Source: an uncultured Gammaproteobacteria bacterium (GTDB taxonomy: Bacteria; Patescibacteriota; Patescibacteriia; SG8-24). From it: 64,000 nt of DNA. Under the pieces are notes generated by a model that made no database searches, had not been told where the DNA came from, and worked only from the letters and a program-made list of their open reading frames with translations. The position numbers were made by a program, and so were the translations under genes. The DNA lies in the NCBI GenBank assembly GCA_964626205.1, contig CAZVED010000004.1, forward strand, positions 2,163-66,162, in the 5' to 3' direction. Below, in pieces: positions 37,845-47,836 of this stretch. Each line of letters starts with the position of its first letter. Position 1 is the first letter of the stretch.

Positions 37845-38185
37845 AGTCAATGATTCAGGACTCAATTAGGGCTATATTGCCACATCTTGTCGGTCTGCGC
37901 AAGCCCTAAAGCACCGCATTTTTAGCCTTATTTTACGCCATGCTGTCCTTTTTCGACCCTCTCTTGCTTGTGTATCTCTTTTTTGATAGGTCATGCAAAA
38001 ATTTTTACAGGAGCTTCGATCTGTCAAAAAAATACTGTCAGCGGTGCGGTGTCGGCGTCCTTGCAAGAAATGAAAAAGATATACACAATTGGTACACACG
38101 ATATCACCATATCCATCCTTTCCACAGGGGGTGGTATCACGTAGAATTCGAAAAGCTTTCACATTTCAAACCAGCAGCGACCACT

Positions 38186-39586
38186 ATGAACACGCATGAA
38201 CTTTGGCAGGCGGTACTCGGCGAATTGGAGCTTTCGTTGAGCAAGGCAAATTTCACCACCTGGTTCAAAAACACGTTCATCGCGTCAATTGAAAATGATT
38301 CTGTGGTCATTAGTGTCCCGAACACCTTCACAAAGGCCTGGCTTGAGAAAAAATATAACGCTCCCATCATCGATTCCTTGCGATCAGTAAGCAAGCTTCC
38401 GATTCGCGAGGTTGTTTACAAGGTAGAGATCCGACCTCAGGTCAAAGCAGCTCCTGGTCAGGAGTCTTTTAAGGACGTTCCTTCGTATGGGCAAATGGCC
38501 CCTGCGGCGGCTACGGCAACGGCTGTAAAAACGCTAAGTGTAGATAAAAAAGCGACCTCTGATCTTCAAATGAACGAGCGGTATTCTTTCGAAACGTTCA
38601 TCGTCGGCAAAGGAAGCGAGCTCGCACATGCCGCATCTGTCGCTGTTGCGGAAAACCTTGGAACGAAATACAACCCGCTCTTCATTTACGGCGGGGTCGG
38701 TCTCGGAAAGACACATCTTTTGCAAGCAATCGGAAACGAGACGCTCCGCAGGAAGCCCTCTGCAAGGATTCGTTACGTCACCTGTGAGAAGTTCACGAAC
38801 GATTTCATCAACGCCGTAAAGAGCGGTCGTGGAAAGGAGTTCAAGGACTCCTACCGCAATGTTGATCTCCTCATGATCGACGATGTGCAGTTCCTTACAG
38901 GTAAGGATGGTACGCAGGAGGAATTCTTCCATACCTTCAACGCTCTCCACGAGATGAACAAGCAGGTTGTCCTGACCTCTGATCGCCCGCCGAAACAGAT
39001 TCCGGCCCTGGAGCAGCGCCTCGTTTCCCGTTTCGAGTGGGGAATGACCGCAGATGTCTCGAGCCCAGATTTTGAGACCCGCATCGCCATTCTTGAGTCC
39101 AAGTGCAAAGAGCGCTCCTACGACCTCGAGGAGTCGGTTCTTCGCTATGTTGCCACGGTCGTCCAGTCCAATGTACGTGAACTGGAAGGTGCCCTGAACA
39201 AGATCATCGCCTACCACCAGTTCAAGAACACACAGCCGACTTTGGAAGGGGTAAAACAACTTCTTTCAAGCTTTGGTCCGTCTCAGGCAAAGAAGAATAT
39301 CACCGCGAAGCACCTTATTTCGACGGTTTCGCAGTATTTCGATGTCACCGAGGAAGAAATGCTCGGAAAATGCCGAGAAAAGCGCCTTGCTTTCCCTCGT
39401 CAGATCATCATGTACCTCATGCGCGAAGAAATGCGCTCTTCGTATCCGACCATCGGGCAGGAGATTGGGGGTCGCGATCACACGACGGCCATGCATGCCT
39501 ACGATAAGATCTCCAAGGAGCTCGAGGTAAGTCCGAAGCTTCGTCAGGATTGTGACCTCATCAAACAACGCTTGTACAACGCCTGA
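38186..39586 (+). CDS. dnaA: Chromosomal replication initiator DnaA
   Basis: It has an AAA+ Walker A (GGVGLGKTHLLQAIGNE) and the C-terminal DNA-binding helix region. The track ORF adds a spurious 82-aa leader through the origin spacer. Confidence 0.95.
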   Translation: MNTHELWQAVLGELELSLSKANFTTWFKNTFIASIENDSVVISVPNTFTKAWLEKKYNAPIIDSLRSVSKLPIREVVYKVEIRPQVKAAPGQESFKDVPSYGQMAPAAATATAVKTLSVDKKATSDLQMNERYSFETFIVGKGSELAHAASVAVAENLGTKYNPLFIYGGVGLGKTHLLQAIGNETLRRKPSARIRYVTCEKFTNDFINAVKSGRGKEFKDSYRNVDLLMIDDVQFLTGKDGTQEEFFHTFNALHEMNKQVVLTSDRPPKQIPALEQRLVSRFEWGMTADVSSPDFETRIAILESKCKERSYDLEESVLRYVATVVQSNVRELEGALNKIIAYHQFKNTQPTLEGVKQLLSSFGPSQAKKNITAKHLISTVSQYFDVTEEEMLGKCREKRLAFPRQIIMYLMREEMRSSYPTIGQEIGGRDHTTAMHAYDKISKELEVSPKLRQDCDLIKQRLYNA

Positions 39587-39589
39587 GGA

Positions 39590-39855
39590 ATACTCGTGGA
39601 TAAGCAGTCGATAACAGGTCTATAAAGACCGGAAAACTTCGATACTTTCCCACAGTATCTCCACCGAAGAAATTCTCTCGTTCGGTTCCATCCCTAGGTT
39701 ATCCATCCGTCCCCACACGTTCCTCACAGGTCGTCCCATCGTTTTCTCAGCGCAACGCAGGTATTTTTGACGACTTATCCCTGTTATCCCCGCTATTACT
39801 GTTATTACCAAGAAGTTTTCACTTAAAAAATCAATTCAATAACAGGACTAAGAAA
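39590..39855. other. Candidate oriC: DnaA-box cluster plus an AT-rich unwinding element in the dnaA-dnaN spacer
   Basis: The boxes are CGTGGATAAG (39595-39604, 8/9 to TTATCCACA), TTTCCCACAG, GGTTATCCATCC, CTTATCCCTG and TGTTATCCCCG. An AT-rich tract TTTCACTTAAAAAATCAATTCAATAACAGG lies before dnaN. More box-like sites lie in the rpmH-dnaA spacer (38105-38125). Confidence 0.6.
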
Positions 39856-40998
39856 ATGAAATTCTCCTGCACACAAGAGAACCTCCATCAGGGACTTTCC
39901 GTCGTGAGTCATATCGCGAGCAGGAACGTAAACCTTCCGATTCTTGGAAACGTTCTCATCAAATGTGATGGTACTGTCTTGAAGCTGTTGTCCACGAATT
40001 TGGAAATCGCCATCAGCTGCACGGTTCGGGGAAAGATCGAAGAGGTTGGAGAGTTTACTGTCCCGTCGAAACTCTTCTCAGATTACGTCAGTCTGCTTTC
40101 TAAGGACCGGATCGACATAGAACAGTCCGGAAGCGTTGTGGAGGTCTCCTGCGGGTCTTACAAGACGAAATTGAACGGCGTTCATGCCAGTGAGTTCCCT
40201 CTCATCCCAGCTGTCGATAAACAACAGGAATTCATCGTTAAGGTAAGTGATCTTCGTCGCGCTATCAGTCAGGTTCTTTTTGCGGTCGCTCCGAATGAGT
40301 CCCGCCCAGAGATCAGTGGTGTCCTGTTTGCTTTTGAGCAATCAAAAAACAACCTTTCTTTGACGTTGGCGGCCACAGATAGCTACCGTCTGGCGGAAAA
40401 AACAGTTCCTGCAAAAGGGGTAATCAAGGACCAGGCGGTTTCTGTCATCGTTCCGGCACGAACTGTAGCGGAAATCATCCGCATTCTTACGGTCTTTAAG
40501 GATGATTCGGAGTCACCGGAAGACGTCAATATTTCTTTGAGTGACAACCAGATCTTGTTCTCCTATGGGTCAGTCGAGCTTATTTCAAGAACGATTGAGG
40601 GTAAGTATCCGGATTATCGACAACTTATCCCCGACACCTATCAGACAGAGGTTCGGCTTTCCAAAGACGAGCTTCAACGGGCCATTAAGGCAACAAGTCT
40701 GTTTTCCAGGACAGGGCTTAACGATATTACCGTTGCCTTCAAGCCCGATAGCGAGATCCATGTCCGGGCGACGAACTCACAAACCGGGGAACATTCGGTA
40801 GACCTAGAAGGAGCGATTATCGGTAAGGAAAACGTCATCACAGTGAACTACAAATACCTTTTGGATGGGGTCAATAATATCGATACAGATCTCGTTGCCA
40901 TGAAGATGATCGATGGTATGAGTCCGTGTCTCATCCAGTCAGGGTCGGATGAGACAAAACCAGACTATCTCTACATCGTCATGCCGATTCGTCAGTAA
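39856..40998 (+). CDS. dnaN: DNA polymerase III beta sliding clamp
   Basis: The protein is 380 aa with a three-domain clamp and begins MKFSCTQENLHQGLSVVSHIASRNVNLPILGNVLI. Confidence 0.95.
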   Translation: MKFSCTQENLHQGLSVVSHIASRNVNLPILGNVLIKCDGTVLKLLSTNLEIAISCTVRGKIEEVGEFTVPSKLFSDYVSLLSKDRIDIEQSGSVVEVSCGSYKTKLNGVHASEFPLIPAVDKQQEFIVKVSDLRRAISQVLFAVAPNESRPEISGVLFAFEQSKNNLSLTLAATDSYRLAEKTVPAKGVIKDQAVSVIVPARTVAEIIRILTVFKDDSESPEDVNISLSDNQILFSYGSVELISRTIEGKYPDYRQLIPDTYQTEVRLSKDELQRAIKATSLFSRTGLNDITVAFKPDSEIHVRATNSQTGEHSVDLEGAIIGKENVITVNYKYLLDGVNNIDTDLVAMKMIDGMSPCLIQSGSDETKPDYLYIVMPIRQ

Positions 40999-41007
40999 AT
41001 ACAGAAA

Positions 41008-41041
41008 CAGAAAAGAAGCCGTGACAACGGCTTCTTTTCTG
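41008..41041. terminator. Bidirectional terminator (agaagccg-tgacaa-cggcttct + T-run)
   Basis: It sits between the convergent dnaN and PBP1A genes. Confidence 0.6.
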
Positions 41042-43921
41042 TTAGCGCAGAACTTGGACCGAGATCTCCTCTTCTTTAATGTCTCCGTTTCGAAGTTCGG
41101 CACGAACGATGATAGTGTGGTTCCCGACCGTGTCCGGCAGCGTCCGCCATTCCAACGACATTCTCGGCAGACTCGGAGATTCAATCGTTCCGATAGCGTA
41201 CTCTTTTTCTTGGAAACCTTCCTCGCGAGCGAATACGCGAATTCTTCGGATGCTTGCGATATCATCAATACGGAATCGGACTGTCAACGGGAATCCGGAA
41301 ACATAGATAGACGAGTACGGAACAGGCGTTTCCCACTCGACACCAAGCGGACCTGCTTCGGCATTCAAGTTGATAGTGACGCTGGTTGAGGCGCGGTTTC
41401 CTACGTCGTCGAGCACGGTTGCGGTGAACGTATGGAAGCCACGAGGGAACCGGTTCGGTATCGATACAGGTGATGTGAGTGGCCACGCGCGTTCAGCAAA
41501 CTGCTCACCATCCAAAGAGAAGCGTACTTTTGCGATACCGCGGCGAGCTGTCGCATTCAATTGGACCGAAAGAGCACGATCCATGATAACTTGTGCATCC
41601 CTTGGTGAAACGAATGAGATGGACGGGATATTTTCCGGAACGTGGATATCATCGTATTCAGTCGGTGGGACGTCGGTCGATATCTCCAAGCCCTGCTTGG
41701 CGACCCAGTCAGCGACAGCACGCTCCCATCGTGCGAATTGCGGATCATTTTCTGGGTGCTCTGGAACCGGTCCGCGCGGATCCGAAGGGTCGACGAAGAA
41801 GAGGATGCTGTGCGGCACTCCGAACCCGCGTTCCTCAACGTATTCCTCAGGCGTATATTCGGTCGCGAGTTTTCCGGAGACGGTATCGATACGAACCTTC
41901 ATTTGAGCGTTCCTCTCACCATCCAAGATCGGTTTTCCGGTCACGACAGGAAGCGCCGAAGGGAACGTTTCCACCGGAGAACCTTCCAAGGCTTTGCGCA
42001 TGAAGACGTTCCAAATAGGCGCTGCAACGATGGACCCGTCCGCACCAGCTTTCATGAACGCTCCAGACGCGTTACCCACCCAGACACCGGAGACAAGCGA
42101 CGGTGTATACCCGACCGCCCACGCGTCCTTGTTGGAGTTCGTGGTACCGGTTTTTGCGCCGACAGGACGGGCTCCGAGGGTGAGATAGTTGCTTTCACCG
42201 AAGACCCATGCGCGCGCGGTGTTGTCCGTGAGGATATCGTTGATTTGTCGAGCGATTTCCTTGTCGACGGCCTGTTTTCCAGAAACCGATTTTTCGGCCT
42301 CAAACAACACTTTTCCGGAGATGTCTTCCACTTTTAGGATGGCTCGCGGATCGCGATATACCCCATCTTGTGCAAGAACACTGAACGCATTGATGTGTTC
42401 CAGTGGGACGACTTCCGCTCCGCCGAGAACGAGCGAGAGACCGAAACGTGACGTATCTGAGAGCGTGGTGTAACCAAAACGGGAAGAGAAATCCGAGAAA
42501 TATTTTAACCCGGCAATGTATAAGGCTTTTACAGCCGGGATATTGAGCGACCCCGCAAGCGCCTGCCGGATGGTCACTGGACCGTTCTCGTTCAGACTGT
42601 AGTTACGTGGGCGATACGGATTCGGCCCATCACTGAAATCCGTTTCGACATCATAGAGGACGGTGTCTGGCGCGAGTCCTTTCTCGAAAGCTGCCGCATA
42701 GACGATCGGTTTGATGGAAGAGCCAGGCTGCAAGCGTCCAACCATGGCGTTGTAGTTTCCATTGATGGATTCGTCAAAATAATCGGCGGAACCGACCATT
42801 GTAAGGATGTCGCCGTTCTTTGCATCGATAGCGACGAGGCCGGCAGTATTTCCACCCCACCGTGTGATGACAGGAAGATGTTCTTTGATGGCTTCTTCTG
42901 CGATACGCTGTTTCTCGAGATCGATACTGGTGATGACCTTGAGCCCACCGCGATCAAGGACGTCTTCACCATATTCTTTAGCGAGCTGTTCGCGAACATA
43001 GAATACGAAATGCGGAGCTATGATTCTTGCTTTTTGCGGTTGGATGCGCGCGAGAAGATCGTCTTGCTTCGCCTCTTCCGCCTCCTCGGGAGAGATAGAC
43101 TCGGTCGCGACCATCTGGTCGATAATCCAATGCGTCCGCTCGATGAGTTTGTCGGTGTTGTTACCGTACGGCGAATAATATGTCGTCGCGTTCGAGACGG
43201 CCGTAATCATTGCCGCTTCGGAAATAGTGAGATCTCGTGCATCTTTTCCGAAGAAGGATTCCGCAGCGGACTGAATGCCATAAATGACCGGTCCGTACGG
43301 AATCTCGTTGAGGTACATCTTGAGAATCTCCTGCTTGCTAAAACGCCGCTCGATCTCATAAGAGAAGACGAGCTCTTTCGCTTTACGTGTGTAGGTCTTT
43401 TCCGGGGTGAGAACGGCGTTCTTCACGAACTGTTGCGTGATAGTAGAACCACCTTCTGTGCGCTCGCCTGCACGGAAATTTTTATAGAACGCACGAAGGT
43501 ACCCCGTGATGCTGAACCCCTTGTGCTCGTAGAAATGTTTATCTTCGGCGGAAATCGTCGCGGAGATGACGTGTGGAGAAACATCTTCAAGTTCGACAAC
43601 GGTGCGTTTTTGCGCCCCATGAACCTCGTAAAGGATGGTTTCACCTGTACGATCATAGATACGAGTCGTTTGTGCGACCGAGCGGGTACCGATGGCGTCC
43701 GGGTCAGGGAGTTCGTTTGCGAGCCAAGCATACATTCCTACAGCAGAAACAGACCCAGCAAGGAGAAGGGCGATACCGGCCCAAAAAGCATAGGAAAGAT
43801 ACGTTTTTACTTTTTTCGGACCGCGCCCACCAAATCGTCGATTGGCGAAGAACGACGAAAAAAAGCCGGAACGACCACTTTTTCTGATGTTTTGCTGAAC
43901 GACAATGCGCCGTGAAGACAT
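41042..43921 (-). CDS. Class A penicillin-binding protein (PBP1A-type transglycosylase/transpeptidase) with a ~250-aa C-terminal beta-rich extension
   Basis: The GT51 motifs are EDKHFYEHKGF and RFSKQEILKMYLNEIPYG. The TP motifs are SSIKP, SLN and KTGT. There is an N-terminal TM helix. Confidence 0.9.
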   Translation of the reverse strand: MSSRRIVVQQNIRKSGRSGFFSSFFANRRFGGRGPKKVKTYLSYAFWAGIALLLAGSVSAVGMYAWLANELPDPDAIGTRSVAQTTRIYDRTGETILYEVHGAQKRTVVELEDVSPHVISATISAEDKHFYEHKGFSITGYLRAFYKNFRAGERTEGGSTITQQFVKNAVLTPEKTYTRKAKELVFSYEIERRFSKQEILKMYLNEIPYGPVIYGIQSAAESFFGKDARDLTISEAAMITAVSNATTYYSPYGNNTDKLIERTHWIIDQMVATESISPEEAEEAKQDDLLARIQPQKARIIAPHFVFYVREQLAKEYGEDVLDRGGLKVITSIDLEKQRIAEEAIKEHLPVITRWGGNTAGLVAIDAKNGDILTMVGSADYFDESINGNYNAMVGRLQPGSSIKPIVYAAAFEKGLAPDTVLYDVETDFSDGPNPYRPRNYSLNENGPVTIRQALAGSLNIPAVKALYIAGLKYFSDFSSRFGYTTLSDTSRFGLSLVLGGAEVVPLEHINAFSVLAQDGVYRDPRAILKVEDISGKVLFEAEKSVSGKQAVDKEIARQINDILTDNTARAWVFGESNYLTLGARPVGAKTGTTNSNKDAWAVGYTPSLVSGVWVGNASGAFMKAGADGSIVAAPIWNVFMRKALEGSPVETFPSALPVVTGKPILDGERNAQMKVRIDTVSGKLATEYTPEEYVEERGFGVPHSILFFVDPSDPRGPVPEHPENDPQFARWERAVADWVAKQGLEISTDVPPTEYDDIHVPENIPSISFVSPRDAQVIMDRALSVQLNATARRGIAKVRFSLDGEQFAERAWPLTSPVSIPNRFPRGFHTFTATVLDDVGNRASTSVTINLNAEAGPLGVEWETPVPYSSIYVSGFPLTVRFRIDDIASIRRIRVFAREEGFQEKEYAIGTIESPSLPRMSLEWRTLPDTVGNHTIIVRAELRNGDIKEEEISVQVLR

Positions 43922-43969
43922 GTTTTTTCGCTTAACTGAGCGGAACCGTACCGTACTCAGCAGTTTTCG

Positions 43970-44854
43970 TCAATCTTTTCGAGATATGGTCGTCAGAAGA
44001 GCTGCCCCAACGACATTCGCTGTATCACCAAGAACGGCCTTTTTGATGGGTGTTTTTGCAAGTTGAGGATACACGAGGTGGGAACGGACTCGTTTACTAA
44101 GACCAGACCACAACGCCTTCATACGGCTGACCCCGCCACCAATAATGACAACCTCCGGATTCAGGACATGGATAATATTAGCAATACCGACCGCCAAAGC
44201 GTTGCGCATGATTGAAATGGTCTCAATTGCCGCCTGATCGCCTTTGAGAGCCGCCCGTTCAACAGAAAGAGCATCAAGACGCACACCGGTCCTTTCGGCA
44301 TACATACGGGCCATAGCGGTTCCAGAGGCAAGATCTTCGAAATCGCGCGCATTGTCACCGATGATCATGTGACCGACCTCGCCTGCAGCGTTGTTTTTTC
44401 CGCGGTAGAGCCTCCCATCTATGACGATTCCACCGCCAATTCCTGTCCCAAGCGTCAAACCAACGACCAGAGAGTGTCCTTTGCCGGCGCCGAAGCGTGA
44501 TTCACCTAACGTGAAACAATGAACGTCGTTATCAACCATGACAGGAACAGAAAAACGTCGTTTAAGCTCCTTGGCGACAGAGATGTTTCGGAACGATCGA
44601 GGGAAGTTCGGCCCTTGAAGGTAGATTCCTTTTTTTGCATCGACAATACCCGCAAGGCCGACGCCTATTGCCCTAACATCGTTATGCCACACGCCGCAAA
44701 TCGCAGCCTCAATGTTTTTGAGGATGACAGACCTGCCTTTAGACGCTTCGGTCGGAACCTTGAAGCGTTTAAGGACCCTTCCTTGTGGGGTGACCAATCC
44801 GGCATGGATTTTTGTTCCGCCGACATCCAACCCGACGATAAGGTATTTTGGCAT
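43970..44854 (-). CDS. ROK family sugar kinase (glucokinase-like)
   Basis: The protein begins MPKYLIVGLDVGGTKIHAGLV... and has ROK motifs including the CxCGxxGCxE-like region (CFTLGESRFGAGKGH). The upstream 94 codons of the track ORF cover the tRNA-Cys region. Confidence 0.8.
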   Translation of the reverse strand: MPKYLIVGLDVGGTKIHAGLVTPQGRVLKRFKVPTEASKGRSVILKNIEAAICGVWHNDVRAIGVGLAGIVDAKKGIYLQGPNFPRSFRNISVAKELKRRFSVPVMVDNDVHCFTLGESRFGAGKGHSLVVGLTLGTGIGGGIVIDGRLYRGKNNAAGEVGHMIIGDNARDFEDLASGTAMARMYAERTGVRLDALSVERAALKGDQAAIETISIMRNALAVGIANIIHVLNPEVVIIGGGVSRMKALWSGLSKRVRSHLVYPQLAKTPIKKAVLGDTANVVGAALLTTISRKD

Positions 44855-44960
44855 AGTCTGTAAGCTTGATTTCTGCTTAAGTATAGCAAAAAGTTGGGGT
44901 GATGGATAGGGTTGCGTTTCGGTGCTCGAAATGGTAAAAAGAGACGGTATCAAGAAGCCC

Positions 44961-45036
44961 TGGCCCGATAGCCAAGCAGTAAGGCAGGGGTCTGCAAAAC
45001 CCTTATGCGCGGGTGCAATTCCCGCTCGGGCCTCCA
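44961..45036 (+). tRNA. Candidate tRNA-Cys (anticodon GCA) with non-canonical D- and T-loops
   Basis: The acceptor is GGCCCGA/TCGGGCC, with U73 discriminator and encoded CCA. The anticodon arm is GGGGT-CTGCAAA-ACCCT. The T-arm is GCGGG-TGCAATT-CCCGC, which has G instead of U55. The D-loop lacks G19. Confidence 0.5.
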
Positions 45037-45101
45037 AAGTGCCCCGCTCATCCGGGCGGGGCATTGTGCATAGCGAATTTACCAACCTGAGCCGAACGGC
45101 G

Positions 45102-47834
45102 ATGGCTGCATCAAAAAAAACAACCCTGCTCATCATTGACGGTCACGCGGTACTACACCGTGCGTGGCATGCGCTTCCTCCGCTTGCGACGAAGGATGGA
45201 AGGATTGTTTCCGGGGCGTACGGGTTCATCACGACACTGCTCAAGGCGATCAGGGAATTCCAGCCGACGCATGTCGCTGTGACGTTCGATGTCGATGGAG
45301 GCACATTTCGGCACGAGGAGTACAAAGAGTACAAAGGAAAGCGCCAAGAACAACCGGAGGAGCTGTATCAACAAGTTCCGGTCATCGAGGAGATTCTCGG
45401 AGTGATGCATATTCCTGTTTTTACGAAAAAAGGTTTTGAGGCGGATGATGTCATCGGCACCATTACGCGTCTTGCAAAGGAGCAGAACAAGGACGTGACG
45501 AGCATCATTGCGACTGGCGACATGGATACGTTGCAGCTCGTCGACGATCGCACGAAGGTGTTCACCATGCGCAAAGGTTTTTCGGACACAGTGGTGTACG
45601 ACGAGCGTGCAGTCATGGAGCGCTTCGGTCTGCAGCCACGCCAACTCATCGAGTACAAGGCGTTGCGCGGCGATCCGTCCGATAACATCCCCGGTGTTCG
45701 CGGTGTTGGCGAAAAGACCGCGTCGCAACTCATTCGCGACTTCGGATCCGTCGCGGCGCTCTATGAAGCGATTGATAAGGGGGAAAAGAAGGCTGAAACA
45801 CTGACAAAAGGCATTCTTCAGAAGCTTACAGACGACCGAAAGAATGCCGAATTGGCGCACAGGTTGGTGACTATTCATCGGGATGTCCCCATTTCGTTTT
45901 CTCTCGAACAGTGCGTGTATGAGCCAGTGGCACGCGAAGTGCTCGAACCATTGTTTACCGACCTTCAATTTACAAGGTTGCTACAGCAAATTCCGGAAAA
46001 GAAGCCGGTCACAACGACGGGTGGTGCGGCCCCGCAAGAGGCGACCGCATCGTTGTTTGGTGCGGGAGAAGCAACGACACCTGTTGTATCGCCATTGCTA
46101 ACAATCGAGGATCTCGAGCGGGACTTGCGGAAAGTATTCAGTGCGAAAGAAGTCGCGTTCCGCTCATTGACGCGCCAGGATGATCCGCTTTTGCCAGACA
46201 TCATCGCATTCGCGTTTTCATCTCACGAAACGACAGTTCTTCTTGATACCAATGGTCTCGAACAACTTCGCGGAATCGTCGCGGAATCGTTATCCGGACA
46301 TGGTGGAACGCTTGTCGTCCATGATTTGAAGCGCGAACTCAATGTGCTGCGTTCCGCGGGTATCGTCCCAGGTGGGCATCCATTCGACCTGATGATTGCC
46401 TCATATTTGTTGCACTCCGGTGATCGTCGCTCATCGCTCGATGCCATGCTTGCGTTTCACCGCAATGTCGCGGCGCCGGGAAAGATGACGACCGACGAGG
46501 AGCGCACCGCACGTCTTCGCACGGAAGTTGGGTATTTCGTTTCGCTTGCAGCAGAGCTTGGCAAAGAGCTTGAAACGCACCGCTTGAAGGAGCTTAATGA
46601 GGAAATGGAGCTTCCGCTCGCCCCTGTATTGGCGCGTATGGAGCGCGTGGGAATCGCCATCGACCCGAAACACTTCGCAGCCCTATCGAAGAAGCTTGCC
46701 AAGCGTATCGACAGCCTAACCTCCGATATTACTGCGGCCGCAGGTACTGAGTTCAACATCAACTCACCTGCACAGCTCCGCGATGTATTGTTCAACCGCC
46801 TCAAAATCATGCCGCGGGGCCTTAAAAAGACCGAGAAGAGCGGGACGATTTCGACGGCTGCTGGAGAACTGGAAAAGCTCAAAGAAGACCACCCTATCAT
46901 CCGGCTCATTCTTGAGTATCGCGAACTCGCCAAACTGCAGTCGACGTACGTCGATGCCATCCCGCCGCTAGCGCACGCTGTGACGAAGCGCATTCATGCA
47001 AGCTTCAACCAGACGGTCGCGGCGACAGGCCGGCTTTCTTCGTCTGATCCGAACATGCAAAACATTCCTTCGACGGACACCGAGCATGGTAAGCAGGTCC
47101 GCAACGGCTTTGTCGCATCAAAAGGCTACACTCTTCTTGCTGCAGACTATTCCCAAGTCGAGCTTCGCATCGCCGCACATATCGCCAAAGAAAAGAAAAT
47201 GATTGATGCGTTCCGTAAAGGGGAAGACATTCATTGGCGCACTGCGGTCGAGATGTTTGGTGAAGAACAGGCAAAAGAAAAGCGTCGCATCGCGAAGGTC
47301 ATCAACTTCGGGATCCTCTATGGCATGGGCGCAAGCAGCCTCGCTATTGCCGCAGATATCCCGTTCGCTGACGCGCGCGATTACATCGAGCGGTATTTTG
47401 CCAACTATCAGGGCATCGCGACCTATATGGCAGAAATGGCAGAACGTATCGCGAAGGTTGGTCATGTGGAGACGCTTTTCGGACGCAAGCGATTCTTCCC
47501 GAATTTCGATGTGATGAATCGACGCGAGCAGGCGGAGGCCGAGCGCCAGGCGATCAACATGCCCATTCAAGGAACGAACGCGGACATGATCAAGACGGCC
47601 ATGATTCGCATCGACCAGCATATCACCAAGACGTATGGTGCAGGCGATGATGTACCAGTCCGCATGCTCCTTCAGGTTCACGACGAGCTCGTGTTCGAGG
47701 TGAAGCCGGAGGTCCTTGAAACGTTTGCCGACGTCCTCGTCCCGCTCATGGCAGACACCATCGACCTCTCGGTTCCCATTGTCGTGAATCTGTCGAAAGG
47801 TGCGCGTTGGGGTGAGCTCGAGAAGATTGCGTAG
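45102..47834 (+). CDS. polA: DNA polymerase I
   Basis: The 5'-3' exonuclease N-terminus is LLIIDGHAVLHRAWHA, and pol motifs A, B and C are present (DYSQVELRIAAH, RRIAKVINFGILYGM, VHDELVFE). Confidence 0.95.
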   Translation: MAASKKTTLLIIDGHAVLHRAWHALPPLATKDGRIVSGAYGFITTLLKAIREFQPTHVAVTFDVDGGTFRHEEYKEYKGKRQEQPEELYQQVPVIEEILGVMHIPVFTKKGFEADDVIGTITRLAKEQNKDVTSIIATGDMDTLQLVDDRTKVFTMRKGFSDTVVYDERAVMERFGLQPRQLIEYKALRGDPSDNIPGVRGVGEKTASQLIRDFGSVAALYEAIDKGEKKAETLTKGILQKLTDDRKNAELAHRLVTIHRDVPISFSLEQCVYEPVAREVLEPLFTDLQFTRLLQQIPEKKPVTTTGGAAPQEATASLFGAGEATTPVVSPLLTIEDLERDLRKVFSAKEVAFRSLTRQDDPLLPDIIAFAFSSHETTVLLDTNGLEQLRGIVAESLSGHGGTLVVHDLKRELNVLRSAGIVPGGHPFDLMIASYLLHSGDRRSSLDAMLAFHRNVAAPGKMTTDEERTARLRTEVGYFVSLAAELGKELETHRLKELNEEMELPLAPVLARMERVGIAIDPKHFAALSKKLAKRIDSLTSDITAAAGTEFNINSPAQLRDVLFNRLKIMPRGLKKTEKSGTISTAAGELEKLKEDHPIIRLILEYRELAKLQSTYVDAIPPLAHAVTKRIHASFNQTVAATGRLSSSDPNMQNIPSTDTEHGKQVRNGFVASKGYTLLAADYSQVELRIAAHIAKEKKMIDAFRKGEDIHWRTAVEMFGEEQAKEKRRIAKVINFGILYGMGASSLAIAADIPFADARDYIERYFANYQGIATYMAEMAERIAKVGHVETLFGRKRFFPNFDVMNRREQAEAERQAINMPIQGTNADMIKTAMIRIDQHITKTYGAGDDVPVRMLLQVHDELVFEVKPEVLETFADVLVPLMADTIDLSVPIVVNLSKGARWGELEKIA

Positions 47835-47836
47835 GT

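Noticed and set aside
37940-38185. 82-aa N-terminal extension of DnaA
   Set aside because: The extension covers the rpmH-dnaA spacer with its DnaA-box-like sites and AT-rich tracts. Conserved DnaA starts at MNTHELWQAV (38186).
26242-45066. Shared TCATCC loop in the hairpins at 26242-26262 and 45038-45066, as a possible repeat family
   Set aside because: Only two copies exist, with different stems. This is probably coincidence.
44922-45101. 60-aa N-terminal extension of PolA and 94-aa extension of the ROK kinase in the ORF track
   Set aside because: Both extensions read through the tRNA-Cys-like sequence and its hairpin. Conserved N-termini begin at 45102 (polA) and 44854 (ROK).
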